From an uncultured Verrucomicrobiae bacterium (GTDB lineage Bacteria > Verrucomicrobiota > Verrucomicrobiia > Limisphaerales > JAFGQR01): a stretch of DNA of 64,000 bases. How positions within the stretch are numbered: position 1 is the first letter of the stretch; every line of letters starts with the position of its first letter. Both the position numbers and the translations under genes were made by a program. Positions 25,295-35,714 of the stretch are shown in pieces. The notes beneath the pieces are model-generated. The model searched no databases. It was not told the origin of the DNA and saw nothing but the letters and a program-made list of their open reading frames with translations. The stretch lies in assembly GCA_963788655.1 (NCBI GenBank), contig CAWBHS010000076.1, positions 154,729-218,728 of the forward strand. Reading direction: 5' to 3'.

Positions 25295-25963
25295 CTACAA
25301 GCTGGTGAGCCCTTCGCGTAGCGCGTACTTGGTCAGTTCGGCCACGCTATGCAACCTCAGCTTGGCCATGAGGCGCAACCGGTGAGTTTCAATGGTCTTG
25401 ACGCTCAGGTTCAGCTCGCCGGCGATTTCCTTGGTGTTGCGGCCTGCGGCAATGAAGCGGACCACCTCGCGTTCGCGGTCGGAGAGTTGGGTTTCGGGGC
25501 GAGCCGTCTCGGCGACCAGCAGCCGCTTGTAACGGGGAACCAGCAAGGCGGCCAGTTCGGGAGACAGATAGGTTCCGCCCACCGCGACCGTGCGCAGGGC
25601 TTCCAGCAATTCATCAGCGGAATCGGCTTTGGGCACGTAGGCGCTGGCGCCCGCGGCCAGGGCCCGGTCCAACAAGTGCGGATCCACCTCGGCGGATAAT
25701 ACAACCAGCCGAAGGGCGGGCGCTTGCTGGAGTGCCTGCCGGGCCAAATCAAGTCCGTTCATATCCGGCAATCCCACGTCCAGCACGACAACATCCGGCA
25801 GAAGCCGTGTCACTTGTTCCAGCGCGGTGCGGCCATCGCCCGCTTCACCGACGACGGTCAAGCCGGGCTCGCGTTGCAGCAACAATCGGAGACCATCGCG
25901 CATCACTTGATGGTCGTCCACCAGCAGGACGCGGCAGGGAGGGGTAACTTCAGCGTTGGCCAT
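25295..25963 (-). CDS. NarL/LuxR-family response regulator
   Basis: VLLVDDHQVMRDG, LDVGLPDMNG and HTH LSDREREVVRFIAAGRNTKEIAGELNLSVKTIETHR. Start could be 26017. Confidence 0.95.
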   Translation of the reverse strand: MANAEVTPPCRVLLVDDHQVMRDGLRLLLQREPGLTVVGEAGDGRTALEQVTRLLPDVVVLDVGLPDMNGLDLARQALQQAPALRLVVLSAEVDPHLLDRALAAGASAYVPKADSADELLEALRTVAVGGTYLSPELAALLVPRYKRLLVAETARPETQLSDREREVVRFIAAGRNTKEIAGELNLSVKTIETHRLRLMAKLRLHSVAELTKYALREGLTSL

Positions 25964-26003
25964 GGCTCGGCAATCGGGGGGATCGTTCCAGCCGAGCGCG
26001 GGA

Positions 26004-29000
26004 TCAAGTGACCTCATGGGTGATCGTGTTCGGGGCCGCCGGACCGCCTAAGACCGAGTGCAAGGCCTCCAGCAGTTGGCCGGCAGTGAAAGGTTTCAAT
26101 AGAAAGGCATGGGCGTTGGCCGGCGGCAGCAAGGCTTCATCTTGTTGGGTGGGCAGGCCGCTCATGGCCACGACAGGCAGCCTGGGCGCCTGCCGCCGTA
26201 ATGCGCGAATCATCGTTCCACCGTCCATGATGGGCATGACCATATCGGTGACCACCGCTTGAATCGCGTTCTCCTCCTGCATGTAAGTCATTAAGCCGTC
26301 GGCGCCGTCCGTGGCGGCCAGGACTTGGTAGCCAAAGGTTTCAAGCGTGCGCCGCGCGACTTCGCGGACGGCTTCTTCGTCGTCCACCAGCAGGATCGTT
26401 TCCCCGTGGCAGGGCGGGAGGGTTCGCCGCTGGACTTCCGTGTCGCTCAGGTGCTGGCCGGCGACCGCGCGCCAATAGACGCGGAGTTGGGTGCCGTAAC
26501 CCAGGCGACTTTGCACCTGCACGAAACCGCCGTGGTTCTTGACAATCCCCATCACGGTCGAGAGCCCCAGCCCGGTGCCCTGGCCGGGTTTCTTGGTCGT
26601 GAAGAACGGATCAAACACCTGCTCCTGAAGTTCCGGCGGGATACCCGTGCCGGTGTCGCCGACTTGCATGACCACATACGGGCCGGGTTGGGCTTCCGGG
26701 TTCAAGCGCGTGTAAGCCTCGTCCAACATCAGGTTCTCCGCGGCCAACGTGAGCGTGCCCCCGTGGGGCATGGCCTCGCGCGCGTTGAGGCACAGGTTCA
26801 ACAGCACCTGCTGCACCTGGGTGGGATCGGCGCGAATCGTCCACAAGTCCTCCGGGAAGTGCGGCTGCAGCGTGAGGTTCTTGGGGAAGGTTTCGCGAAT
26901 CACCTTGGCCATCTCTTTGAGCAGGGTGCGCGGCTGCAGTTCGCGCCGCTCGCCATCGATGCCCCGGCCAAAGGTGAGCAATTGCCTGATGATGCCGGCG
27001 CCGCGCCGGGCGCTGCTGGAGAGCATGCCCAGCAACGTTTCGTCGTCGGGGCCCTTCAGCCGCTCGCGCAGCAAGTCCACGGCAATCATGATCGGCAGGA
27101 GAATATTGTTGAGGTCGTGCGCCACGCCACTGGCCAGGGTGCCAATGCTCTCCATGCGTTGCGCGCGCAGCAACTGGGCTTCCAGACGCTTCTTCTCGGT
27201 GAGGTCCGTGTTGACAATCAAGATGGATTCCGGCTGGCCGTCGGCATCGCGGACCAACGTCCAGCGGCTTTCCAGGACTTGGGCGGGACGCGCGCCGGCG
27301 GCCTGGCGAATTTCGCCGGACCACCGGTCCTGTTGCAGGGTGCGCTCGAAGGCTTCGTGGGCGCGGGCGGGTTCGTCACGAAACAGCAGTTCTTGAATCG
27401 GCGTGCCGGCCAATTGCGCGGCCGACCGGCCGTGCAGCCGCTCCGCGCTGCGATTGGCATAGCGCAGGCGCTGCGCCAAATCCAAAGCCAACACCGCATC
27501 CTGGGTCTGGTCCAGCAATGCCGCCTGTCGGCGCACGTGGTCTTCCGCAGTTTCAGACTGCTGACATCCTCGAGGCAGACCAACAGATGCGGGCGTCCTT
27601 CCACGTCGATCCGCGCCGTGGATACCAGCAGCGTGGGCCGGCAACGCTCTTCCTCGCCGGCCACTTCGGGATGCATGGCCAACCGCTGAACCGGTTCGCC
27701 GGTCTGGAGCGTCTGCCGGGCGGCCTTCCGCAACGGGACACTGCGGACAACCGGGGCCAAAACCGCAGCCACGGATATCATCGTGCGCATGAACGCAGCC
27801 GAACAAATCGCCGGTGGCTGTTCCCGCACAACTCCGCCTCGCTGCGTCCGGCAAAGCGGGCCGCCGCCTGGTTGACCCGCACGATGCGGGCCTGGTCGTC
27901 GAGCAGGCAGATTATGAGCGGGGCATGATCAAGGGTTGCGCGCAGTTCCGCCTCGCGATTTTGCAGGGAGGTCTGAACGGCCTTGAGGGCGGTGATGTCG
28001 CGGGCGATGCCGCACAAGCCGGTGATTTCACCCTGGGCATCGCGCAGGGGCACCTTCACGGTTTGAAACGTGCATGCCTGCCCGTTGACCAACACCGTGT
28101 GTTCGTCCCGAACCACGCGCCCCTGCCATATTTCCGCATCCACGGCACGGAGGTGTTCGGCGACATCCGCCGGCCATAACTCGGCATCGTTCGCGCCCAC
28201 CAGGCTGGCTGCCGGCCGGTTGAACAACTGTTCGACGGGCGGATTCAGGTGCGTGTACCGACCTTCGATGTTCTTGATGAAGATACAGTCGGGCGTTGCT
28301 TCGAAAATGGCCCGCAACAGTTCTTCGCTCTGGCGCCGGGCCTGTTCGGCTTGGAAGCGTTCGGTGATGTCTCGAAAGCTCCACACCCGGCCGACCACGC
28401 GCTCGTCGAGCCATTGGGGCCGGGAATAACGTTCCAACACCCGGCCATCCTTGAATTCGAGCACCGACGAGCTTTCCGCTTCGGGTTGTGCCTGTAATTC
28501 CTGCATCTTCGTCAGAAAGGCGAAGGGATCCTTGAGCTGTTTCAAAATCTGCTCGATGGGGGTGGTGCCAGACTCAGGCCGCAGAGCATCATCAGGCAAC
28601 TGCCACAACTCGAGGAACCGCCGGTTGTAGCGGACCACTTGGCCGTCCATATCCACCACCAGAATGCCGTCGGCGGTGGATTCAAGCGTGGAGGCCAGCA
28701 GCGAATTGGCACGGCGCAATTCGTCCTCCGCCTGCTTGCGCTCGGTGATGTCCACCACGATGCCTCGAATCCCCACCACCGCGCCGTCCTGGTGAATGGC
28801 CCGCACATGAATGAGTACCGGCAGACCGGTCCCATCCTGTCGGCGGCCTGAGTATTCCTCGGCGGGGAACACTTCGCCGGCAGCCACCCGGGCGATGTTG
28901 TTGCGGGTGCGTTCGTGCTCCTCGGGATTCAACATATCGAACGCGCTCAAGCCGTGCGCGAGGTCTGCCGGCGTGCAGCGGAAGGTTTCAAATCCTTGCT

Positions 29001-30220
29001 GGTTGACGAAGGTCAGCCGCCCCGTGAGGTCCATCTCGAAAATCGTTTGTGGTAACGACTCGGCCAACTCGCGGAACCGTTGTTCATTACGCCGGGCGTC
29101 GGTTACGTTGTGCAGCACGCAATGCGTGCACTGGAACCGTCCCTGATCGTCATACCCAATCCGGCCATCTGCCACAATTTTGACCACGGTGCCGTCCTGG
29201 CGTTGCAGGTCGAACTCGACCCCATGAACGGCGCCGGCCATTTTGAACTGGGCAAAGCGTTCGCGGAACAATTCGACTTGTTCCGGGACCAGTAAATCCC
29301 CAAACCACCGGCCCAGCACTTCGGCGCGCGTGCAGCCCAGCATGTCCAGCCAGGCGGCATTCACTTCCCGGAGGCGACCCTCCGCGTCGAGCGATTGGTA
29401 GGCGACAGGTGCCCGCTCGAAGAGCTGTCGAGCCCGCTTCTCGCTGGCTCGCAGGCTGGCCGCGGTGCGCTCCTGCTGCTGGATGCGTTGGTGCAAGTGC
29501 CGACCGCCGCCAAGCAAACCAACCAGGCCCAGCACCCACAAGGCCCCATGCCCGAAGAGCAACGGAGGCAGATGGGACCGGGCCGCGGCATAGTACGGCT
29601 CGAGTGGCACCGCCACACTGATTCCGCCCCACAGCGTTCCTGCCGGTTGGTTGCGCGTGACGTGGCATTGCCGGCAGCTTGCTTCGCCGACCATGGGCCG
29701 CATCAAACGCAGCACCGGATGGCGCTCCCGAAATTCGACGGAACTCACCTCGGTCGCTCCGGCCCCCAGGGCGTGAAGAGCATTTGTTTCCCATGGGTCG
29801 GCAGCATTTTCCGTAAGGGATGCCTTCAAGCTCGCGAGGTGCTCGTGTACGGCGAAGGGCGAGCGGGGCCGCTGAGGCATCCCGTTAATCGCGTCGTGCG
29901 GATCCATCAGCGTGAGCACTCGCCCGGACGGCGTCGTGATGTCGCGCTCCGGTAGATGCGCCAAATGGGGATTGGGCGGAGTGTTCGGGAGTAACAGGCA
30001 CATAATCGCCGCCATGCCGGCCCGCCCAGCGGCGATAATCCAGGTTTCTTTGGCAGTTGAAACGGGCTTGTTCCCGCGCCAGTTCCTGCCCCTGGCGTAC
30101 CAGTCCTTGCCAGTTCAACCAGGTGAGCACGGCGACCAGTACCGTCCAACCGACCGCCAAAATTCCGATCAACCACTTGAGCCGTTGAACGGTCGAAAGC
30201 GCTTTTAAAAATTGATGCAT
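26004..30220 (-). CDS. Hybrid sensor histidine kinase: DUF3365 heme-c sensor, multiple PAS domains, HisKA, HATPase and REC; several frameshifts
   Basis: ORFs 29885-30220, 27778-30015, 27218-27829 and 26004-27854 join. CRQCH in the periplasmic region, about six PAS/PAC units, H-box GVAHDLNNIL, DPFFTTK..GTGLGL and a C-terminal receiver. Confidence 0.9.
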
Positions 30221-30389
30221 CCGTAAATGTACTCATGACTTCCGTGAGATCACACAAACGCCTTCCTAACAATTTTGTGCCGTGCCACCGGCGGGGGATT
30301 GTTTGGTTCCTTGGCGGGCACCCCGGTGGGGATTGCGTTCCCGAGATTGTTTCCCCGCGTTGGCTGCCGCGGGAATCGACCCCACTGGA

Positions 30390-31142
30390 CTACTTGGTGG
30401 TCGTGCCGGCTCCGATCAATGCCGCCGGTTCGCCATACAGTCTGCGGTTACTTTGATTGAACTCAAACTTCAGGTCCACTTCCAGGTCCTGCAACGTGAT
30501 CAGTTTCCACTGCACCGGCAAAAACACCGGACGTCCGTCGCGTTGTTCCTTCGTCAATTCGTAGGCCAGCAACAGGTGCAGCGCGTCGTGCGTCACCTTG
30601 GGAACGGCCGAAGGTGAATAATAGAAGGACCGTTGGGTCGTGTTCGCGGTGGTGGCGCTGTACGTTTTCAATTCGAGGTAACACGGCACCGGTTCGGTGA
30701 TCTCAATATCCGGATAGCCCACCGCTTGCGCCCGCCCTTCGGAGTTCACCGGCACTCGGGCACTGACGTTCACATCGGCCAACGCGGTCCGGACAAATTT
30801 CTCGATGCGATTACCCGCCTCGTTCGCGCGCGCCGTGGCAATACCTTCCGCGCTTGCCCGCGAACCGGCGAGGGCGGCGGCTTGTTGCAATCGCCGGATC
30901 AATTGGACGTGCGCGGGATTGTTGGTGTCCAAATCGAGCAAACGAAAGCCGGTGGTCGCCCGGAGCACCGTCTTGAACGGCACCGCCCGGAGTGGCCGCT
31001 TCAAGCCGCGCAACGTCGCCTCCAAGGCGGCTGAATCTTCGGGGACCGGACGGTTCGATACCGCGGAGCTTGGTACCGATTCGGCCGCCCATCCCAGGCT
31101 GCTGATCACGCCGACCAACGCCAGACATCCAATGGTTTTCAT
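30390..31142 (-). CDS. PD-(D/E)xK nuclease-like (type II restriction endonuclease-like) protein with apparent N-terminal signal peptide
   Basis: MKTIGCLALVGVISSLGWA|AE signal-like start; NEAGNRIE...GYPDIEI...YLELKTY catalytic-like motif; adjacent to a DNA methyltransferase. Confidence 0.65.
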   Translation of the reverse strand: MKTIGCLALVGVISSLGWAAESVPSSAVSNRPVPEDSAALEATLRGLKRPLRAVPFKTVLRATTGFRLLDLDTNNPAHVQLIRRLQQAAALAGSRASAEGIATARANEAGNRIEKFVRTALADVNVSARVPVNSEGRAQAVGYPDIEITEPVPCYLELKTYSATTANTTQRSFYYSPSAVPKVTHDALHLLLAYELTKEQRDGRPVFLPVQWKLITLQDLEVDLKFEFNQSNRRLYGEPAALIGAGTTTK

Positions 31143-31227
31143 AAAGTCGATTCCGGCGGGGGAGCACGGGCGCGCCGACCACGAATGGAGCGGGGCTCCC
31201 CAATTCGTGGCCGCCGTCCGCGTCCGA

Positions 31228-31275
31228 GTCAACGGCGAGGCGCCGTTGACAGCGCCCGAGGCGGGCGCGCTCCCC
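31228..31275 (+). repeat. REP-like double-hairpin element, family B, copy 2
   Basis: gtcaacggcg-AGG-cgccgttgac, then cgcccgaggcgggcg and cgctcccc. Abuts the methyltransferase stop codon. Confidence 0.75.
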
Positions 31276-32561
31276 TACGATTTGCGAAACACCGTGATCC
31301 GGTTGGTGTTCGTGCCTTTGGCCATGTTATCGACGCCCCAACAATTCGCCGTCTTGGTAAACTCCTGATCGTTGATCACGATCAGCCGCGCTTCCAGTCC
31401 GGCGGCGAGGCCGCACGGGACGACCGCTTCCTCGAGCTTGGTTTCGCCGCCATGGACTTCACCGACCTCGAAGGCGACGTGTCCGCCGGGCTTCAAGACC
31501 CGGTGCAACTCGCGGAAGACTTTGGTCATTTCCGCCTGCCAATCTTCCAGCTTGCGCGGCACGGTCAGTTGCACGCTTTCCGCGTCGATGCCAATGAACC
31601 AGGAACGCAACCAGTTGTCCGTGGCGTACTGCACCACGTTCAGAAACGGCGGTGATGTGACCACCAGATCGACCGACGCGGACGGAATCTGCGGCGTTCG
31701 GTGCGCCGGCGCGGTCAGTAATTGCGCTTCATTCGCTACGCTCTGCACGTTGCGCCGCGCGGCGGGCGTGCAATCGCCCAACAACTGTTTGGACTTTTTC
31801 AGAATCAACTTCGGCACATCGCGCGGCGGCGGCGTTTGTTGGCGGCGTTCATTGATCTTGCGTTGCGACTTGATGGAAACCGCCTGGTTGGGCGGCATGG
31901 TATAGACTGAAAAGAATCCGTTCGAATGACCGGTCAGCCGGTTGATCGCCACCAGGCAAATCCATTCGTCCAGCGCATCCAGTGTTCCCGCCTGCCGGCG
32001 TTGCAGCAGGTAGTTCTTGAGCGCCGTGATCTGGGTGAGCGTCTCACGGTGATAAAACACCAGCAGGTCTTCCCACAGATCGGCGGTGGTGGTGAAATCG
32101 ATTTGCTTGAGCCGCCCCGCCACCTCGTCGAGCGTTGGGGGATGCAGCCGCCCCCGCACAAACACCTGGCTTAACGGATTGATGTCACAACCCAACGGCA
32201 CTCGTCCCAGCAACGCGGCCTCGATCGGCGTGGTTCCGCGGCCCATAAACGGATCATAGACCCGGTCGCCGGGTTGGGTAAGGCGCGCGATGAAAAAGCG
32301 CGGCAACTGCGGCTTGAAACAAGCGCGGTAGGACACTTCGTGCAGGCTGCTGGCCTGCCGCTGCCTGGCGGTCCAGAATTCGTTGACATACGTCTCCACC
32401 CGGACCGATTCGCCGGCAAAGGAATACGCCGGCGTCACCAACCGGCGCGTGGCCTTCCCGAATTCGTGAAAACTCTCCAGGTCCTTGGCCAGCGAACGGG
32501 AGGGGCGTTTCGTGACCGGACGTTCAGCGTCCAAGCGCAGATCCAATAGTTCTTGTGTCAT
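31275..32561 (-). CDS. DNA amino-methyltransferase (probably N4-cytosine, alpha-type motif order)
   Basis: Motif X/I (YRACFKPQLP...VYDPFMGRGTT) near the N-terminus, motif IV (VVTSPPF) and LHRVLKPGG near the C-terminus. Confidence 0.9.
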   Translation of the reverse strand: MTQELLDLRLDAERPVTKRPSRSLAKDLESFHEFGKATRRLVTPAYSFAGESVRVETYVNEFWTARQRQASSLHEVSYRACFKPQLPRFFIARLTQPGDRVYDPFMGRGTTPIEAALLGRVPLGCDINPLSQVFVRGRLHPPTLDEVAGRLKQIDFTTTADLWEDLLVFYHRETLTQITALKNYLLQRRQAGTLDALDEWICLVAINRLTGHSNGFFSVYTMPPNQAVSIKSQRKINERRQQTPPPRDVPKLILKKSKQLLGDCTPAARRNVQSVANEAQLLTAPAHRTPQIPSASVDLVVTSPPFLNVVQYATDNWLRSWFIGIDAESVQLTVPRKLEDWQAEMTKVFRELHRVLKPGGHVAFEVGEVHGGETKLEEAVVPCGLAAGLEARLIVINDQEFTKTANCWGVDNMAKGTNTNRITVFRKS

Positions 32562-32613
32562 ACAACTTCAATCGGTTACTGCCATGCTCTGGTCCTTGGT
32601 TCGTGGCCATGGG

Positions 32614-33240
32614 TCATTCCCCATGATGGTGGTGTTCGAGGCGGGTGTGTTCATCGCCCAGCACGCGCGTCAAGTGCTCGCGCAATTGGAGCCGGGCCCG
32701 CAGCAGGCGCACTTTCACATTGGCTTCGCTGAGCCCCAGGGCTTCGGCGGTTTCCTTCACCGAAAGCCCCTCGAGGTCGCGCAATAAAAATACCAGCCGA
32801 TGCTTTTCGTCCAGTTGCTCAAAGGCCTCCTCGAGCAGCCGTTGAATTTCGTTCTGATGGACCAATTCCTCCGGCGATTGCCGCCAGTCCGCGATGTATT
32901 CAGGATGAGGGATCGTGTCGAAATTCTCCTGGGGTTCGGTGGCTGCCTCCAACGACACCGTCGGCAGCCCGCGGCGTTTGCGCAGGATCTTCAGCGCGGC
33001 ATGCGTGGCAATCCGCAGCAGCCAGGTGGAAAAACTCGCTTCCCCGCGAAAGCCGTGGAGGTGCTCCAGGAGGCTGATGAACGTTTGCTGGGTGACATCC
33101 TCCGCATCCTGTTCCTGACGCAAAATCCGCATGGCCAGCGAATAGACCTTGCGCTCGTATCGCGTCGTCAGGGCTTCAAACGCCTCCAAGTCACCGGCCT
33201 TGGCCTGTTGGACCAATTCGGCGTCGCTCGGAGCATCCAT
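32614..33240 (-). CDS. ECF sigma-70 factor
   Basis: DAELVQQAKAGDLEAFEAL, DAEDVTQQTF, FRGEASFSTWLLRIA, LRDLEGLSVKETAEALGLSEANVKVRLLRAR. Confidence 0.95.
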   Translation of the reverse strand: MDAPSDAELVQQAKAGDLEAFEALTTRYERKVYSLAMRILRQEQDAEDVTQQTFISLLEHLHGFRGEASFSTWLLRIATHAALKILRKRRGLPTVSLEAATEPQENFDTIPHPEYIADWRQSPEELVHQNEIQRLLEEAFEQLDEKHRLVFLLRDLEGLSVKETAEALGLSEANVKVRLLRARLQLREHLTRVLGDEHTRLEHHHHGE

Positions 33241-33414
33241 TGCGGAATCGTTCACGGGCGGATGTTTAGCAGAGGTTGCGGCGCGGGTAAAACGAAACCG
33301 GAAGTTAAAATCCGAAGGCCGAAGGCCGGAGTTTGGATTTCGGGCTTCGACTTCTGCACGCCGGACCCCCGGCTTGACCTGCCGCGGTGTCCTCTCCAAA
33401 GTCCTCACCGGCTC

Positions 33415-35262
33415 ATGGACAACGTTCCGGCAGCAATCAGTTTAGTGCTCGTGCTCGGCATGGCCGCCCAATGGTTGGCATGGCGGGCCAAGCTGCCGTC
33501 CATTCTGTTGCTCCTGACCTTCGGCTTCCTGGCGGGCCGCGTGTTCCATCCTGACAAATTGATCGGGCAGGATTTGTTGTTTCCTTTGGTTTCACTCGCC
33601 GTGGCCACCATCCTCTTGGAAGGTGGACTCAGCCTCAGCTTCCGGGAAATCCGCGAGACGCGCCGGGCTGTCCTGCGATTGTGTACGGTGGGCGTGGCCA
33701 TTGCCTGGGGCTTGACCATGGTGGCGGCTCGTTTCCTGGTGGACATGACGTGGTCCATCGCCGCGTTGTTGGGCGCCATTCTGGTCGTCACCGGGCCGAC
33801 GGTTATCGGGCCGTTGTTGCGCCAGATCAAACCCATACGCAGCGTGGGCGCGGTGGCCAAGTGGGAAGGCATTGTCGTGGATCCCCTCGGCGCCGTGCTC
33901 GCGGTGCTGGTGTTTCAAGCCGTCATGGCGCAAAGCCGAACGCACGCCTTCACCGGACTGGGGTGGTCGTTGCTCAAACTCATTCTGGTGGGGGGTCTGG
34001 GTGGATTCCTGGTGGCCAAAGGTTTGGAAGTCATTTTCAAACGGCACCTCATTCCGGACTTCCTTCACAGCCCCACGTTGCTGGCCGTGAGTCTGGCGGC
34101 GTACACCGTTTCGAACGAGGTGCAATCGGAAATGGGTTTGTTTACCGTGACGATCCTGGGGATTGCCCTGGCCAACCAGAACAACGTATCGCTCGAACAC
34201 ATCGTCGAGTTCAAAGAAACCCTGCGCGTGCTGCTGATCTCGTGTTTGTTCATCATCCTGGCGGCACGGATTGAACTCGGTGAAGTCACGCGCCTCGGCC
34301 TGCGCAGTCTCTGGTTTTTGCTGGCGTTGATATTCGTAGTGCGGCCCGCCAGTGTGTGGCTTAGCACGTATGGCTCGGGCTTGGGGTGGAAACAGCGACT
34401 GTATCTCTGCTTTCTGGCGCCACGCGGCATCGTGGCGGCGGCGGTGACCTCGGTGTTTGCAATTGAACTGATCGAGGCCGCAGAACGCTACTCGTTGCCC
34501 GCCGCCCTGGTGGCCGACGCGGCCAAACTGGTGCCGCTGACGTTTGTGGTGATCATTGGCACGGTGGCCTTCTACGGTTTGCTGGCGGGGCCGCTGGCGC
34601 GACGTTTGAAGCTGGCGGCGGCCAATCCGCAAGGTATCCTGTTCGTTGGCGCCCGGCCGTGGGTAATCGAAGTGGCCAAATGCCTGCGTGAGGCCGGGAT
34701 TGAAGTGCTGCTGGTGGACACGAGTCCGGAAATCGTGGCCCGCGCCCGCATGGCCAATTTGCCGGCCTTGCACGCCAATATCTTGAGCCGCTTTGTCAGC
34801 GAGGAATTGGAACTGTTCGGCATTGGGCGATTGCTGGCCGTGACCTCCAATTTCGAAGTCAACACGCTGGCGTGCGGCGAATTCATCAGCCAGTTTGGCC
34901 GGCAGAACGTCTATCAACTCCAATTCAAGGACACCGCCAGCCAACGGCGGGATCTGTCGCATCGGATGCGGGGCCGGCCCTTGTTTGCCGAAAAATTTAC
35001 GCACGATGTCATTGCCGAATGGATCGCCGGCGGCGCCGTGGTGAAGAAGACCCAGATCACCGACAAATACTCGTATGCTGATTTTCGTGCCCGCTATGGC
35101 GAAGTGTTGCCTTTGTTCGCCATTAGCGGTCCCGGGAAAGTCACCGTGTTCACCAGCGACTCGCCGGAGCCTGGAGCCGGCACCACGCTCATCAGCCTGA
35201 TTCGCCAAATGCCGGAAGAAGCTCCGGTGTCCGAATCGGACGAGCGGAGCGCACGAGCCTGA
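33415..35262 (+). CDS. Cation:proton antiporter (CPA1/NhaP-like) with C-terminal TrkA-N-like domain
   Basis: Many TM segments; ILLEGGL, LVVTGPTVIGPLL, WEGIVVDPLG and APRGIVAAAV motifs. Start taken at MDNVPAA. Confidence 0.92.
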   Translation: MDNVPAAISLVLVLGMAAQWLAWRAKLPSILLLLTFGFLAGRVFHPDKLIGQDLLFPLVSLAVATILLEGGLSLSFREIRETRRAVLRLCTVGVAIAWGLTMVAARFLVDMTWSIAALLGAILVVTGPTVIGPLLRQIKPIRSVGAVAKWEGIVVDPLGAVLAVLVFQAVMAQSRTHAFTGLGWSLLKLILVGGLGGFLVAKGLEVIFKRHLIPDFLHSPTLLAVSLAAYTVSNEVQSEMGLFTVTILGIALANQNNVSLEHIVEFKETLRVLLISCLFIILAARIELGEVTRLGLRSLWFLLALIFVVRPASVWLSTYGSGLGWKQRLYLCFLAPRGIVAAAVTSVFAIELIEAAERYSLPAALVADAAKLVPLTFVVIIGTVAFYGLLAGPLARRLKLAAANPQGILFVGARPWVIEVAKCLREAGIEVLLVDTSPEIVARARMANLPALHANILSRFVSEELELFGIGRLLAVTSNFEVNTLACGEFISQFGRQNVYQLQFKDTASQRRDLSHRMRGRPLFAEKFTHDVIAEWIAGGAVVKKTQITDKYSYADFRARYGEVLPLFAISGPGKVTVFTSDSPEPGAGTTLISLIRQMPEEAPVSESDERSARA

Positions 35263-35276
35263 TGGACGTGCCTTTC

Positions 35277-35573
35277 CCCCTAACCCCAGCCCTCTCCCTC
35301 GGGGAGAAAATTCCCCGGAAATTTTCGCGCGTTAAACCTGTGAACCATTGTAATAGCGGACGTAAGTCCGCTCTGACTTTTTTTCGAATTCAGATAGAGC
35401 GGACTCACGTCCGCTGCTACGCGGTTCGTGGGGAGGGAGCACCATTCGTTGCGTTCGTCGGACAGCGAAGCCCCAGAAAACACGACACGAGGCTCCTGCC
35501 AATTGAGCATCGCATCAAAAAATCGCCCCCTCGGCTGTTCCCTCTCCTTGGGGAGAGGGTTAGGGTGAGGGGG
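35277..35573. repeat. Composite repeat: CCCTCTCCC/GGGAGAGGG REP pair (family D) enclosing a ~130-bp element (family C, 35309-35437)
   Basis: cccctaaccccagccctctccc ... gggagagggttagggtgagggg. The inner element matches the reverse complement of 45115-45246. Confidence 0.8.
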
Positions 35574-35714
35574 AACAGGCCGCCCATTTAACGGAAGGCA
35601 CAGCGCATGGAATGACCAATCCACAACCACCAAATCCCAGAAAGCGCTTCAGAACCAATGCTCAACGAGCAAGGAGTGCGGCGCGTAATGGGAGGTTGGG
35701 TTTGCGGGAGGCGC

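Noticed and set aside
20210..30220. Programmed frameshifting or mass pseudogenisation of cheA and the kinase
   Set aside because: The indels are scattered single-base events, often in short homopolymers, with intact catalytic motifs; sequencing error is the simpler explanation.
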